Program-made: the position numbers and the translations under genes | Shown: positions 17,411-27,691 of the stretch, one piece after another | Numbering within the stretch: the stretch's first letter is position 1 | Layout of the letters: each line of letters begins with the position of its first letter | IMG/VR virus record: IMGVR_UViG_3300033143_006101 | Span: 124,001-188,000 of that record | Direction: 5' to 3' (one strand) | DNA: 64,000 nucleotides | Notes under the pieces: model-generated | Database searches by the model: none | What the model saw: the letters and a program-made list of their open reading frames with translations, nothing else | What the model was told of the DNA's origin: nothing

Positions 17411-18853
17411 TTACGGGGCATCCCCCATAACATAATTTTGTATAGTCTTCTCATAGAATTTTTTTCGATTTAACGCACTATATTTGAGTACATATTTAGG
17501 GGTATCCTCCATAACAAATGCTTTATTGTCTACGTAATCTCTTACTACAGGTACCGGCTTACCTTCAATGAATCGTCTGATCCTACCTACCTTTTGTTTT
17601 AATTTTGGTAAGTTAGAAGTTGGTGTTGTGATATGCAATGACGATAACCTGGGGTAATCCAATCCCTCTGCAGCTATTGAAGATGAAGCGACAACAACTT
17701 GCACAGATTCATCTTTTCTAATCTCTGTCCAATTGGTTTTCTTTCTTGTTGCTCCAATCAAAAGAACAGAGTTATAACCAAACTCTTGTAATCTTTTATG
17801 TAAATATTTGCTATGTGCTACCCTATCAGATAGAACTAAAGGTATATATCCAGCTTCAATATCTCGAGAAATATGTTCCAAGATAATACCATTGCGTTCT
17901 TCGTGTCCTGCTAATAAAGAAATAGCTGCAGTAATATCCAACACATCCTCACGCTGATGCCCTGTCCATCTGTTCCTTGTAGGTATCTCAAATGAAATAT
18001 TAGTGTCAATCATCTCATATTCAAAGGTAGTTATTCTGTGCTTCACTTCACTTGCTGTAATATCTAAAAGCATATCTCCTACGATATCTAATGTTAGTAT
18101 ATGATTACCGTCTTTTCGTTCTACAGTAGCTGTTACACCTACTCTATATTTTGATGATGAACGATGCATTACACCTAACCACATATTAGAACTGAACCTG
18201 TGACATTCATCCCCTATTATCAATCCGAATTGATTTAGTATATCACTCCCGGATTCTACCATATTATATAATGTATTGATTACAGCAGTACAAATATTCC
18301 CTTCTCTTTTCTCATCTCCGTCATATCTTCCTAAAACAAAGTTACCACCTAATCTATTTTCTATTTCTTCTTCCCACTGTCCTCTTAATTTATGTTCATG
18401 GACCACAATAAGTGTGGGTTGTTTAAGTTTAGCAATCAACCCAAGAATACTAATAGTTTTTCCACCACCAGTATCCATTTGGATCAAGCCACCCTCATTA
18501 TCTATTAACGTTTTAATTATCTTGTCTTGCTGAGGTTCAAGTGTAGTATTTTTTAAATGGCAATCTATTGTAAGAAGTTCTATTCTCTCATCGGCAATCC
18601 TAACAAGTAGATCATGTTCCTTATAGTAATCTAGGACTCGTTTTAATCCACCACGAGGAAGAAACAAGCATCTCATATTATCTAAATGAGATACACTATA
18701 ATGTATAAGAGTTTGGCTCGTCTTTTTTACAGACAACTTTAACCGTTTCTTTCTATAGTACTCGGGATTCTTATATGTAAAAAGGTCTACAAGGCCAGTT
18801 ATTTTTCTACCTAAAGTATCTATAGGGATATATATCTTATCTCGAACTATCAT
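17411..18853 (-). CDS. superfamily 2 DEAD/DEAH helicase (UvsW-like)
   Basis: TGGGKT, DECH, TAT, EGLD, QKVGRIRR. Confidence 0.92.
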   Translation of the reverse strand: MIVRDKIYIPIDTLGRKITGLVDLFTYKNPEYYRKKRLKLSVKKTSQTLIHYSVSHLDNMRCLFLPRGGLKRVLDYYKEHDLLVRIADERIELLTIDCHLKNTTLEPQQDKIIKTLIDNEGGLIQMDTGGGKTISILGLIAKLKQPTLIVVHEHKLRGQWEEEIENRLGGNFVLGRYDGDEKREGNICTAVINTLYNMVESGSDILNQFGLIIGDECHRFSSNMWLGVMHRSSSKYRVGVTATVERKDGNHILTLDIVGDMLLDITASEVKHRITTFEYEMIDTNISFEIPTRNRWTGHQREDVLDITAAISLLAGHEERNGIILEHISRDIEAGYIPLVLSDRVAHSKYLHKRLQEFGYNSVLLIGATRKKTNWTEIRKDESVQVVVASSSIAAEGLDYPRLSSLHITTPTSNLPKLKQKVGRIRRFIEGKPVPVVRDYVDNKAFVMEDTPKYVLKYSALNRKKFYEKTIQNYVMGDAP

Positions 18854-19101
18854 TCACTAACTCTAGCATACTTAAACATGATACGTGAATTAGAATCCTC
18901 ATTTAAAGGTGGTGATCCCTTTCCAGCCAGGTTATCCTTTGTAAACTGTATACATGTAAGGAGTATCTCTCCTTTAGATAGATACACCCCGAAACGATTA
19001 AACCATAAATCCCTAATAACATCCCGCAAACGTTTGAACTCAGCTATATCAGGTACGTAAATAGACATCCTGCTTCTTGAATAATCTTTAGACACAGTCA
19101 C
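18850..19101 (-). CDS. hypothetical protein
   Basis: ORF tightly coupled in operon. Confidence 0.5.
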   Translation of the reverse strand: MTVSKDYSRSRMSIYVPDIAEFKRLRDVIRDLWFNRFGVYLSKGEILLTCIQFTKDNLAGKGSPPLNEDSNSRIMFKYARVSE

Positions 19102-19741
19102 ATCTATACCCTCTTAGATCTTTCATTACAGACAGCTTCGTTAATCCTTCATTAAAATAATTATATACAGTTGTGTTATGTGTAGCTGAGGAAATGTTTA
19201 GTTGTAATTTAATGTCTTTTATTGTATAACCTTCTAACCACAACAGCATAATATTTCTCTGTAATGAACTAAGCTTTGCTATAGCTCCCTCAAGATCCAT
19301 CTGTAAGATAGTTCTATCCTCATCCCATATAGGTTTTGACATCCCCATATCTTCTGATATAACATTGTTCTCATCCATATCTGCCTGTATTCCATTAACA
19401 CAATTCCAATAATCATACATAGAGATGTCTTTACTTCTGGAAGTCTTTTTAGTATTTAAGGGATGCAGAATATGATTACTTATTTCCTTTCTAACATTGC
19501 GAAAGATAGCCATATTGAGTGGTTCATTGATACGCCTTCCACCAATCCCATTAGCTATCCCAATGTACACATGCTGTCGTACATCATCTTCTTCATAATC
19601 ACAGTTAGAATATTTTTTGCTGAGCTTTTGTACCCAACGCTCATACCTAGCAAAAATTCGGTTAAGTAGTTTGTTTTTAATAAAGTGGTTGGTTGTGCAT
19701 ATATATCTATTGCACAATAGATCTAATTCGTTCCCTATCAT
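19088..19741 (-). CDS. second sigma-70-like factor
   Basis: 'EEDDVRQHVYIG' region 2; 'LSSLQRNIMLLWLEGYTIKDI' region 4. Confidence 0.7.
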   Translation of the reverse strand: MIGNELDLLCNRYICTTNHFIKNKLLNRIFARYERWVQKLSKKYSNCDYEEDDVRQHVYIGIANGIGGRRINEPLNMAIFRNVRKEISNHILHPLNTKKTSRSKDISMYDYWNCVNGIQADMDENNVISEDMGMSKPIWDEDRTILQMDLEGAIAKLSSLQRNIMLLWLEGYTIKDIKLQLNISSATHNTTVYNYFNEGLTKLSVMKDLRGYRCDCV

Positions 19742-19801
19742 TTAATTGCCCCCAAAGTCTATAGCTAATTTTTATTTGTTTTGATACAAAACTATTGTTT
19801 A

Positions 19802-20881
19802 TTAAATGTTAAAGTCTTCTTCAAATACGCCGTCTTCTAACTCAGATAGATCTAAAATATCTTCTTTAGCTTTTTTTTCTACAAATCGTTTTTCGTCCCT
19901 TTTTAAATTATTGATTCTTGATTGTAGTACTCGTGGAAGTTTGAGCCCTGCATTAATCATAGTAACTCTAACAACATCATCTAACATAGGATCTGCAAAC
20001 ATTCCTAATCGTGATATTGCACTACCACATACTCTCTTTGTTATATCGAATATTTTCTTAGCTTCTTTAGTATATATTTTTTTCTTAGGTATATCTATGC
20101 CTATTAAGTAAGCTAAAGTAGACTTATATGTATATCCCTCAGCCAATGAAGGCTTGAATATTTTTTTAAGCAGGTCTTTATCTTCTGTTCTAAAATCAGC
20201 ATGATAAAAGTACATTGTTCTAATATCTACCATTCCATTACCATACTGCAGGACTCTCATAATCTCACCCTTATCTATGGATCCAATACCTGCCTGAGTA
20301 ACTTTCCCCTCACGCAATAATTCAAATGCAGATTTTACTTCTATTACTATATGATTATTAATCTCTTCCCACCAATCATTACCTATACCTTTACTTTGCA
20401 TGAGGTACTCATTATCTGCAAGCATAAACATGTTAATCTTTAAGTCTTTTAATTGTTTCAATGTTTTTAATGAATTATCTGCAGCAAGTATTCCTTGCAT
20501 TCGTGGAGGGAGAGTAGCAATACAACCAGTGGAAATCTTTTTTTTATTTAAATAATTTATAATGAGCGGAGCAGCACTACCTCCTGTTCCTCCTCCTAAC
20601 CCACAAATAACCAAGATTAATTTATTAGGATCTATATTAGCTTCTATAAAAGCTTCAAACTCTTTCCAATGTTTTTTTAATAAGCTTTTACCTTTAAGAG
20701 GAGAACCCCCGGTTCCACTAGTACCTAACAATAATAATTTTCTAGCATCAATAAAAGTTCCCCGAACATCTAACTCATCAGAATTTATATAATAAGTATC
20801 CACTCCTAATTTTGCAAATTTCAAGCCAATTCTAGTACCGCATTGACCACAACCAATAACTTGCAAAGCATTTTCTATCAT
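19802..20881 (-). CDS. tubulin/FtsZ-family GTPase (PhuZ/TubZ-like)
   Basis: GCGQCGTRI, GTGG, GLGGGTGGS signature, ADNE; acidic C-terminal tail. Confidence 0.9.
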   Translation of the reverse strand: MIENALQVIGCGQCGTRIGLKFAKLGVDTYYINSDELDVRGTFIDARKLLLLGTSGTGGSPLKGKSLLKKHWKEFEAFIEANIDPNKLILVICGLGGGTGGSAAPLIINYLNKKKISTGCIATLPPRMQGILAADNSLKTLKQLKDLKINMFMLADNEYLMQSKGIGNDWWEEINNHIVIEVKSAFELLREGKVTQAGIGSIDKGEIMRVLQYGNGMVDIRTMYFYHADFRTEDKDLLKKIFKPSLAEGYTYKSTLAYLIGIDIPKKKIYTKEAKKIFDITKRVCGSAISRLGMFADPMLDDVVRVTMINAGLKLPRVLQSRINNLKRDEKRFVEKKAKEDILDLSELEDGVFEEDFNI

Positions 20882-21285
20882 ACTCTTTCCTCCAACTCTA
20901 TTAGTTTTAGATAGTTAACTGTAAGATGATTACAAATCTCGGCATGCTTACAATCCTTACACTTGGCTATTTTGTGTGCATACGCAAGAGCTCTTTGCTT
21001 TTTATACTCTTGTAATATAGCAACAGTTTCCTTTGTAAGAACAAAACTATCCTTGAGCCTCTTCCCATCTACCACAACGGAAGAAGCATCATCAATGCCT
21101 ATTTCATCTATCAACACAGTATTTTTTGGAGTTAATACTTCACTGTCTTCAAACTCTACAACACGTTTGAGGACAGAGGGGATCATGTTGCCGAAACATG
21201 ATGGTAAGTTTAACATCTCCAATTCGCTTTTGACAAGCGAGTCTATCTGTGGTTCGATAGCGTCTATATTTATTTTTATTTTCAT
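20878..21285 (-). CDS. hypothetical protein with C-terminal Cys cluster
   Basis: CKDCKHAEICNH; coupled to tubulin gene. Confidence 0.55.
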   Translation of the reverse strand: MKIKINIDAIEPQIDSLVKSELEMLNLPSCFGNMIPSVLKRVVEFEDSEVLTPKNTVLIDEIGIDDASSVVVDGKRLKDSFVLTKETVAILQEYKKQRALAYAHKIAKCKDCKHAEICNHLTVNYLKLIELEERV

Positions 21286-21458
21286 TCATCTGTGTCATCT
21301 AAAGCCCTCATAAACACAATATCTTCTGCCTTATCATTTTCCAGATAATAATCAAGAATCCTACGAATAGCATCTGAAAATGTCAAATCCATTCTTTTAG
21401 CAATCTTTTTTATTTCTTTACTTTGTCTTACTGTTATATATAATTGCTTTCTTATCAT
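21282..21458 (-). CDS. ribbon-helix-helix (CopG-like) protein, 58 aa, not in ORF track
   Basis: hand translation MIRKQLYITVRQSKEIKKIAKRMDLTFSDAIRRILDYY. Confidence 0.7.
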   Translation of the reverse strand: MIRKQLYITVRQSKEIKKIAKRMDLTFSDAIRRILDYYLENDKAEDIVFMRALDDTDE

Positions 21459-21524
21459 AGCTATATAAAATTATTAATTTTATCCATGTAATACAGACCA
21501 GCATAATAAATTTAAAGTATAAAG

Positions 21525-22502
21525 TCAACTACTTTTTTGTAAATTATTCAACTGCCATAAGATATATCTCTCCTGAGATATAAAATCTAAAATGCTCTGC
21601 TCATTATTAATCACCATAAACAATTCCCTAACAGTACATTCAGCTGTATCCTTTTTACCTTCTGGCAAAGTACACACACCTACTTTAACACCAGCATTTA
21701 ACAAAGGTATAGCATCCTTTACTAATTGTAACCCCGGATTATCAGCATCAGGAACTATCACAACATGCTTATATTCTTTCAATTTTGCCAGTTGTAATGG
21801 GGTCAATAATTCCGAATGTATCCTATTAGATAAGGAAGCAACTACCTGCACCCCAGCCCTTCTTAAAAATATCATATCAAAGATGCCTTCTACTACATAA
21901 ATAGGCTTATCTATATCAGATGCCGTAGCTATTCCAACTAATATATCCTTTCTCGGGTACTTTCCGTACAGCTTTCTACTATTATAAGGACTTCTCATAA
22001 AGTAATTTCTTAATTTATTGCCCTGATAAATAGGAATTATAATCCATCCCACATATGGTTTCTCTTCTACTTCTCCCATTCCCCATTCGAGAATCTCAGA
22101 TGAATTAAACCCTCTCTTTTCAAGATAAGGATGAGACTCAATTAATCTATGCTGTGGTAGATGAACAATGATTCTTAATGAAGGCTGATCAGAGTTTCTT
22201 TTCTCGAATTTTTCCCTCATCAAATCATAACGTTCTGCTTCTTCCTCTTCAGTATCAGCCTGGGCATCAAAGTTACTCAAGTAATGTAGGGCCTCAACAC
22301 CACTGAGATTAAGAAAGTCATCAAGCATGGTAAAAATATTTCCACTTCTCTGACAAGAGAAGCAATGATAGTAACCTCCTTCCTTATTAATTGACATAGA
22401 AGGATGGTTCTCCTCATGAAACCAACAAGCAGTACGATAGTCATCTCCTACTTCATCATACACTATTCCTAATCGGGTTAATATCTTCGCCACATCTATC
22501 AT
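21525..22502 (-). CDS. dnaG: DNA primase
   Basis: CHC2 zinc finger CWFH...CFSC; TOPRIM VEGIFD, PDAD. Confidence 0.9.
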   Translation of the reverse strand: MIDVAKILTRLGIVYDEVGDDYRTACWFHEENHPSMSINKEGGYYHCFSCQRSGNIFTMLDDFLNLSGVEALHYLSNFDAQADTEEEEAERYDLMREKFEKRNSDQPSLRIIVHLPQHRLIESHPYLEKRGFNSSEILEWGMGEVEEKPYVGWIIIPIYQGNKLRNYFMRSPYNSRKLYGKYPRKDILVGIATASDIDKPIYVVEGIFDMIFLRRAGVQVVASLSNRIHSELLTPLQLAKLKEYKHVVIVPDADNPGLQLVKDAIPLLNAGVKVGVCTLPEGKKDTAECTVRELFMVINNEQSILDFISQERYILWQLNNLQKSS

Positions 22503-23938
22503 TGAAAACTATTACCCTCCACCTCAATCTTAGCCATATCAATCATATCTTGATACTCACTGTCAATAGGAGACAACCTTGTTGTGTTGGGATCAAAAAA
22601 GAAATTAACAATTTTATTTCCTAACCCCATTCGTTGTTTCAAGAATATAATCTCAGCCAAATTAACGTTAGGATCCACCTCCGCTTCACCATAAGCCAGT
22701 TCTCTTTTAAGTGCCTTCTCAGGATTATAATACGGTCTATGGATCCCTAATATTATGTCAGCTACCTCCTCCCAAGCCCCAGCATTCTTCAAATCAGACA
22801 TACGAGGACGACTAAACTTACGTTTAGTAACCTCCCTATTTATCTGTGCAACAGGAATAGTATGCACACCTAACTTCCTTGTCATAGTTTGAGTAATATT
22901 TAAATTCTGTTCATAACTTCTTGCAAAGTTATCACTTTGGAGCAAATCACTAATCTTGCCATACAGATCAATCACTAGTACAATATATTGCGTTTTTAAT
23001 TTATCCTGCAGAAGCATTGTTTGTTCATTGATAGTAGCTAATGTCTGAGTAGGTTTATCATTTAAAAGAATGTAAGGATTGTTACGTATCCTTTCAAGTT
23101 CCCATTCATAAACTTTCTTTTCCTCATCCGTAAACTTATCCCAATGAGCAGTAACTCTCGTTACAGCAATATTAGTATTGAATGCTATAAGTTTATTCAT
23201 TAGTGATCTATTCGGCATCTCTAATGCAAACTGAGCAGTGTATATTCCTCTATTAGAAAGGTTCTTCATCAGAGAAAGTGCAAATGAGCTTTTACCCATC
23301 CCAGGAAGACCACATATAATTGTAATTTGTCCTTCCTGCAACCCTTCTGTTAGTTTATCATCTAATTGTCTAAAACCCGTTGTCCTCTTCCCTTGCATCT
23401 TATCCCTTAATTCAATATAATCTGCCGTTACTTCTTCCATAGTCTGAAATTCTAATTGATATGTAGAATATCCTTTACCTATTACACTGTTTATAGCATT
23501 CACTCTTTCTTCTACTGCTGAGAGTGGTTGTGTTGGATCTAAAAGAGATTTGTACAAAGATTTAAATACGAGATCCATTACTTCTGATTTTACATTATCA
23601 AGCACAAGTTTTTCTATATGCTCATTAAAGTTTTGTTCTGGGACCTCCGCGAAATTGTTTATAATACCATCAATGAATTTATAATCAACTATCTTACGTA
23701 CAGGACAGAGTTTAGATTTTAAAAGCAAAGCATCATGATTCATTTCCATACCAGCTTCAGCACATGCTATCACAGCCCAACTTAAAGTTTGAAATTCAGG
23801 AGTCCTGAACTGTCTATAATCTATTCGTCGTAAGAAGATCTCTCTATTAGTTTTATTCTTAATAGCATTAATAACAATAATAGCTTCATTCTCCTCATCA
23901 ACAGGAATGTCTCCTATATCTTTTAATGGATTAGCCAT
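22499..23938 (-). CDS. dnaB: replicative DNA helicase
   Basis: GLPGMGKS, LEM, AQINR, RPRMSDLKNAGAWEEVAD, KQRMG. Confidence 0.93.
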   Translation of the reverse strand: MANPLKDIGDIPVDEENEAIIVINAIKNKTNREIFLRRIDYRQFRTPEFQTLSWAVIACAEAGMEMNHDALLLKSKLCPVRKIVDYKFIDGIINNFAEVPEQNFNEHIEKLVLDNVKSEVMDLVFKSLYKSLLDPTQPLSAVEERVNAINSVIGKGYSTYQLEFQTMEEVTADYIELRDKMQGKRTTGFRQLDDKLTEGLQEGQITIICGLPGMGKSSFALSLMKNLSNRGIYTAQFALEMPNRSLMNKLIAFNTNIAVTRVTAHWDKFTDEEKKVYEWELERIRNNPYILLNDKPTQTLATINEQTMLLQDKLKTQYIVLVIDLYGKISDLLQSDNFARSYEQNLNITQTMTRKLGVHTIPVAQINREVTKRKFSRPRMSDLKNAGAWEEVADIILGIHRPYYNPEKALKRELAYGEAEVDPNVNLAEIIFLKQRMGLGNKIVNFFFDPNTTRLSPIDSEYQDMIDMAKIEVEGNSFQ

Positions 23939-23939
23939 G

Positions 23940-24698
23940 CTATTTTTTCTTGCCTCTTAATTGTAGCGTAGATATATCACCTCTTAATTCTAATGACGAA
24001 AAAGAACGACGGAGTACTGTACCAGACCTATGAAATTCTTCTGGTATATTTATTATATTCTCTCTAGATGTCATTATAAATTTACTATCTTCTAACAATG
24101 CATTATCTATAAACTGAAATAAATGTACCTGGGTATACGGTCCACCTACAGTTACCGAATCTAAATCAAAAGCATCATCGATAATATAAAATTTATATCC
24201 TTTTAGTTTTTCAAGATATTCCTTATCATCAAAATCAGTAAAGGCATCTAAGAGAGTTTGCATTTTTAAAAACCGTACACTGAATTTCTTTTCAATTAAC
24301 TTAATACCTAAAGTTGCTGCCAGTGTAGTATGCCCAGAGTTATCATCTGATCCCCAAAGCCACAGTACATTGTTATCAGTAAAAAATTCTATAGGATCAT
24401 TCATGATGGTTGTGAGTACATCAACTTGAGATTGATTAAACTTTTTTACATCTGGAGGAAAAGGTATTTTAATATAATCATCAAAAGTATATTTACATAA
24501 TGATTTATGTATTCCTGCTTCAGTTAATTTATAATCTAAAGCAACCTCTTTGTCTTGTTTCTTTCTACACTCACATGGGAACCATACTTCTTCTTCATAT
24601 GAAGTAGCATTATCTCTTAATACAACTTTGTTTCCATCATCATCATACATTACTTTTTTCAGAAGGAATCCTTTATCCTCACATACATTACACTTCAG
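23940..24698 (-). CDS. DnaC/IstB-like helicase loader
   Basis: CNVC...CEC zinc motif; degenerate Walker A 'SGHTT'; Walker B IIDD; adjacent to dnaB. Confidence 0.7.
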   Translation of the reverse strand: MKCNVCEDKGFLLKKVMYDDDGNKVVLRDNATSYEEEVWFPCECRKKQDKEVALDYKLTEAGIHKSLCKYTFDDYIKIPFPPDVKKFNQSQVDVLTTIMNDPIEFFTDNNVLWLWGSDDNSGHTTLAATLGIKLIEKKFSVRFLKMQTLLDAFTDFDDKEYLEKLKGYKFYIIDDAFDLDSVTVGGPYTQVHLFQFIDNALLEDSKFIMTSRENIINIPEEFHRSGTVLRRSFSSLELRGDISTLQLRGKKK

Positions 24699-25218
24699 CA
24701 TCTTCCTCTCCCATACCCAAGAACTTCCCCTGCTGATCCACAAACGCTTTCCATTTTAATATATAATATTCTTTAATATTTAAATTCAATTTACAAATAA
24801 AAAGGCTGGACATAGTTTTTATATACAGATTTTCCAATTCCTTCATAGCAAATGTTTTACTTTTCTTATCTGTACCAAATACATCAAGAGCAATCTCATC
24901 TATAAGATGACAACAATCGCATGCTCTTAATACAGCATAGTTCTCATCCTTATGAGGTTCAAATCCAAAACGCAGTACAGGAATTTTATCTGTCTTAAGT
25001 GCTTGTCGCTCAAGCTTATCCAAGACTAAAAGAGAAATAGAATATTTATTTGCAGTAGTAAATTTATCTTCTACAAGAAAGTACTCCCCACTAGCATCCC
25101 CTTTCTGAAACCATAAGTTACCACTTCCTAAATGAGAACTACCGCCTACTTCCTTTCCTGCTTTATTCTCACGCTTTTTTGATGTCCTTTTTATTTTTCT
25201 TTTGTTCATCAGCTTCAC
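24688..25218 (-). CDS. PD-(D/E)XK nuclease, Holliday junction resolvase-like
   Basis: E...GSG...KGD...VEDK. Confidence 0.65.
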   Translation of the reverse strand: MKLMNKRKIKRTSKKRENKAGKEVGGSSHLGSGNLWFQKGDASGEYFLVEDKFTTANKYSISLLVLDKLERQALKTDKIPVLRFGFEPHKDENYAVLRACDCCHLIDEIALDVFGTDKKSKTFAMKELENLYIKTMSSLFICKLNLNIKEYYILKWKAFVDQQGKFLGMGEEDAEV

Positions 25219-25444
25219 CTACCTTTACACTTATATTAATTTCTAAAACAAATAAGTATACAACTATCTGGATTAACTTATTTTTTGGTTCAGATTTATC
25301 TAGTTTAAATATGTCTCTTCCTTCTATATGTATTCCTAAACCAAGGAAAGAAGGTTCATACTCAACTCCTATTCTTACCGCACCAATATGTTTTGTCCAA
25401 AGCTGATGAGACTCTCTTGTAGTTGCTAATTTTTCCTTTTTCAT
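25169..25444 (-). CDS. hypothetical protein
   Basis: ORF in operon. Confidence 0.5.
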   Translation of the reverse strand: MKKEKLATTRESHQLWTKHIGAVRIGVEYEPSFLGLGIHIEGRDIFKLDKSEPKNKLIQIVVYLFVLEINISVKVGEADEQKKNKKDIKKA

Positions 25445-26817
25445 TATGCTACTCCTTGCATATCACTATATAATTCCCCTACAAATTTAGGGTTCTCTCT
25501 AAAAAATGTATTAAGCTTTTCCTTACCCTGAAATTTTTCTCCTTTAACAACATACCATGTGCCAGCCTTCTGAATCTTCCCAGCATTTATTCCAAGTGCA
25601 ACTATTTCAGCTGTATGATCTATCTGCCCTGTCTGAAATGTACTACCATCTTTAAAATAATAATCTATTTCATGCAAGTCAGCTGGGGCTGCAAGTTTAC
25701 TCTTCTCGGTTCGTAATCGTATACGTTGTCCATGATAGGTAAGAGCAATTTCTTTCCCTGCACTCCCATCTTCCTTTAGATAAGTCAGCTTATGAAATTC
25801 TAAAGCTAATGAGATCAGATGGGCAACAGCATGTCCTCCAGAATATGTGGGGGCTGACTTAATAAACCCCAATGTACTACGAACTTGTGAGTTAATAAAC
25901 AGAGCTGGCCTAAAAGATTCTGACTCATCCTCTATATTCTCAGCGGCATAAGCACTACATACATACCTGACCATCAAAGCATTAGCCTTTGGTTCAGCAC
26001 CCATAGTAGCCTCATCTGACTCCCTATTCTTAACATATTTAGGAACAGCAGCCTGTAGACTATCCAATATAATAGCATCTATTTCCTTACTTTTTATAAT
26101 CTCCCTCATATATTCCGTGGCTTCCTCTGTATCAGTAGGATCACTAACAATGAGTTCTTTAGTAATAACTCCACATTTCATAAGATAATCTGGAGTACTC
26201 ATATGCTCTCGTTTATTCTCTGTTATTTTTACAGTTTTTAACCATGCCTCAGTACCCACCATCCAATCCTGTTGTTTTTTAGTTAATTTTTCTTTCTCTT
26301 GTAACTCTGCTAATGTAGTTGTCTTATCATTGTAATCTAATTCGTTAATCTTCTCTCCTGTCTGTGCATTAGTAAAACTTTGAACAGTAATTATCCTGGG
26401 TGTTTCTATCCCCAATGTTTTCTCAAAGTCTATCATACAAAATCTTCTAGGAACAAAGATATTGTCTTTACATTGACATACAGGAATTCTTAAAATGTCC
26501 CTGAGTACTACAGTCCATCTATCAGCATTGTCATCTACTGGAATATCTGGACGAATACCATGACACACTCTACATATCCTTTGGTTATACGCCATCATTT
26601 GATAGAGGGAAGCATTCTTTCCTGAAGACTTTGCTCCAAATAATAAATGGATCCTTCTGTAAACATATCCACCACCTATCATTGCATCTATAGAAAAAGA
26701 ACCAGAAAAGAATCTTTTCATTCTAAATGCTTTAGCTTTATCCAAAGTACTAAGTTTAGTGTTACCTCTATCTTTATTAATCTTCTGGATTATATTAGGT
26801 AATTCAAACTCTTTCAT
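25444..26817 (-). CDS. recA: RecA-family recombinase with insertions
   Basis: SGSFSIDAMIGGG, GAKSSGK, IILDS, INSQVR, SGGHA, IQKAGTWY, KFQGKE. Confidence 0.88.
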   Translation of the reverse strand: MKEFELPNIIQKINKDRGNTKLSTLDKAKAFRMKRFFSGSFSIDAMIGGGYVYRRIHLLFGAKSSGKNASLYQMMAYNQRICRVCHGIRPDIPVDDNADRWTVVLRDILRIPVCQCKDNIFVPRRFCMIDFEKTLGIETPRIITVQSFTNAQTGEKINELDYNDKTTTLAELQEKEKLTKKQQDWMVGTEAWLKTVKITENKREHMSTPDYLMKCGVITKELIVSDPTDTEEATEYMREIIKSKEIDAIILDSLQAAVPKYVKNRESDEATMGAEPKANALMVRYVCSAYAAENIEDESESFRPALFINSQVRSTLGFIKSAPTYSGGHAVAHLISLALEFHKLTYLKEDGSAGKEIALTYHGQRIRLRTEKSKLAAPADLHEIDYYFKDGSTFQTGQIDHTAEIVALGINAGKIQKAGTWYVVKGEKFQGKEKLNTFFRENPKFVGELYSDMQGVA

Positions 26818-27308
26818 TATACCTCCTTTATTCCAAGTAATAAAAGAATCACCTCTCTAGTACCTGGGTGTAATTGCATTTTTTTATTATTTGCTTTCCA
26901 CCATTTAACAGTATCCGGTGTATCTTGTGCTTTGCCTGCCCCTTTCCAATCGCACACCATTTCGATGATAGCATCAAGTTTCATTCTATATGCTTTATTC
27001 TTTCCTTCTGTAGCAAGGACCCAATGCTGCCAATGATGATCATTATATCGCGTATGTTTAAACCAAGCATACTCAAACGCTTCATTCCCCGTTTCTGTAG
27101 GCTTATAATATCCAGTTTTATCTCTTTTAGTTTTACTAGATCCGTCCTTATCATGAAAGAATTTTGCATATGCTATAAAACAACTAGGTAAAAACTTATC
27201 CCAATCATGAATGATCCCTCTCCAAATTAAACTTTCTTTAAAACATTCAATAGTCACATACCATTTGTGACGAACTATATACTTTAAGTAATTCCAATAT
27301 CTTTTCAT
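26817..27308 (-). CDS. DUF5662-like HD-fold protein
   Basis: HKWYV, HDWDK, H..YNDHHWQHW, EMVCDW. Confidence 0.75.
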   Translation of the reverse strand: MKRYWNYLKYIVRHKWYVTIECFKESLIWRGIIHDWDKFLPSCFIAYAKFFHDKDGSSKTKRDKTGYYKPTETGNEAFEYAWFKHTRYNDHHWQHWVLATEGKNKAYRMKLDAIIEMVCDWKGAGKAQDTPDTVKWWKANNKKMQLHPGTREVILLLLGIKEV

Positions 27309-27691
27309 ATTCTTCTTTCTCCTGATTCGTTTTCAAATAATCTTGATATACTATTACAATGACCACAACGTGGACATATACATCTTAATTCTAAACCAAC
27401 TTCGGCATCTATTATTTTAATTGGCATCACAGAACCATTAAGAATAGGATATACATGACCACAACCTGAACAGTTCATAACAGAACAATCGTTAGTTACC
27501 CATTCTTTATAATGATTAGGTAATGAGTATCCGAAATTAGGAACATAACAATGCCCTGCTACTGGCACAGAAGATACAGTATCAGTATAATCAACTAGTT
27601 GTGCTCCTTCTATTTTCCTACGTTCCTTTGCTTTCTGATCTACTTTTTTATTAATCCAAAGAGCACACACATCAGCAATTTTATCAAACAT
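27305..27691 (-). CDS. zinc-ribbon hypothetical protein
   Basis: CSGCG...CPRCG. Confidence 0.55.
   Translation of the reverse strand: MFDKIADVCALWINKKVDQKAKERRKIEGAQLVDYTDTVSSVPVAGHCYVPNFGYSLPNHYKEWVTNDCSVMNCSGCGHVYPILNGSVMPIKIIDAEVGLELRCICPRCGHCNSISRLFENESGERRI

Noticed and set aside
19802-20881. Cellular ftsZ, i.e. a host chromosome origin for the window
   Set aside because: Divergent sequence, no dcw cluster, and phage context (terminase, UDG-PolA, homing endonucleases)
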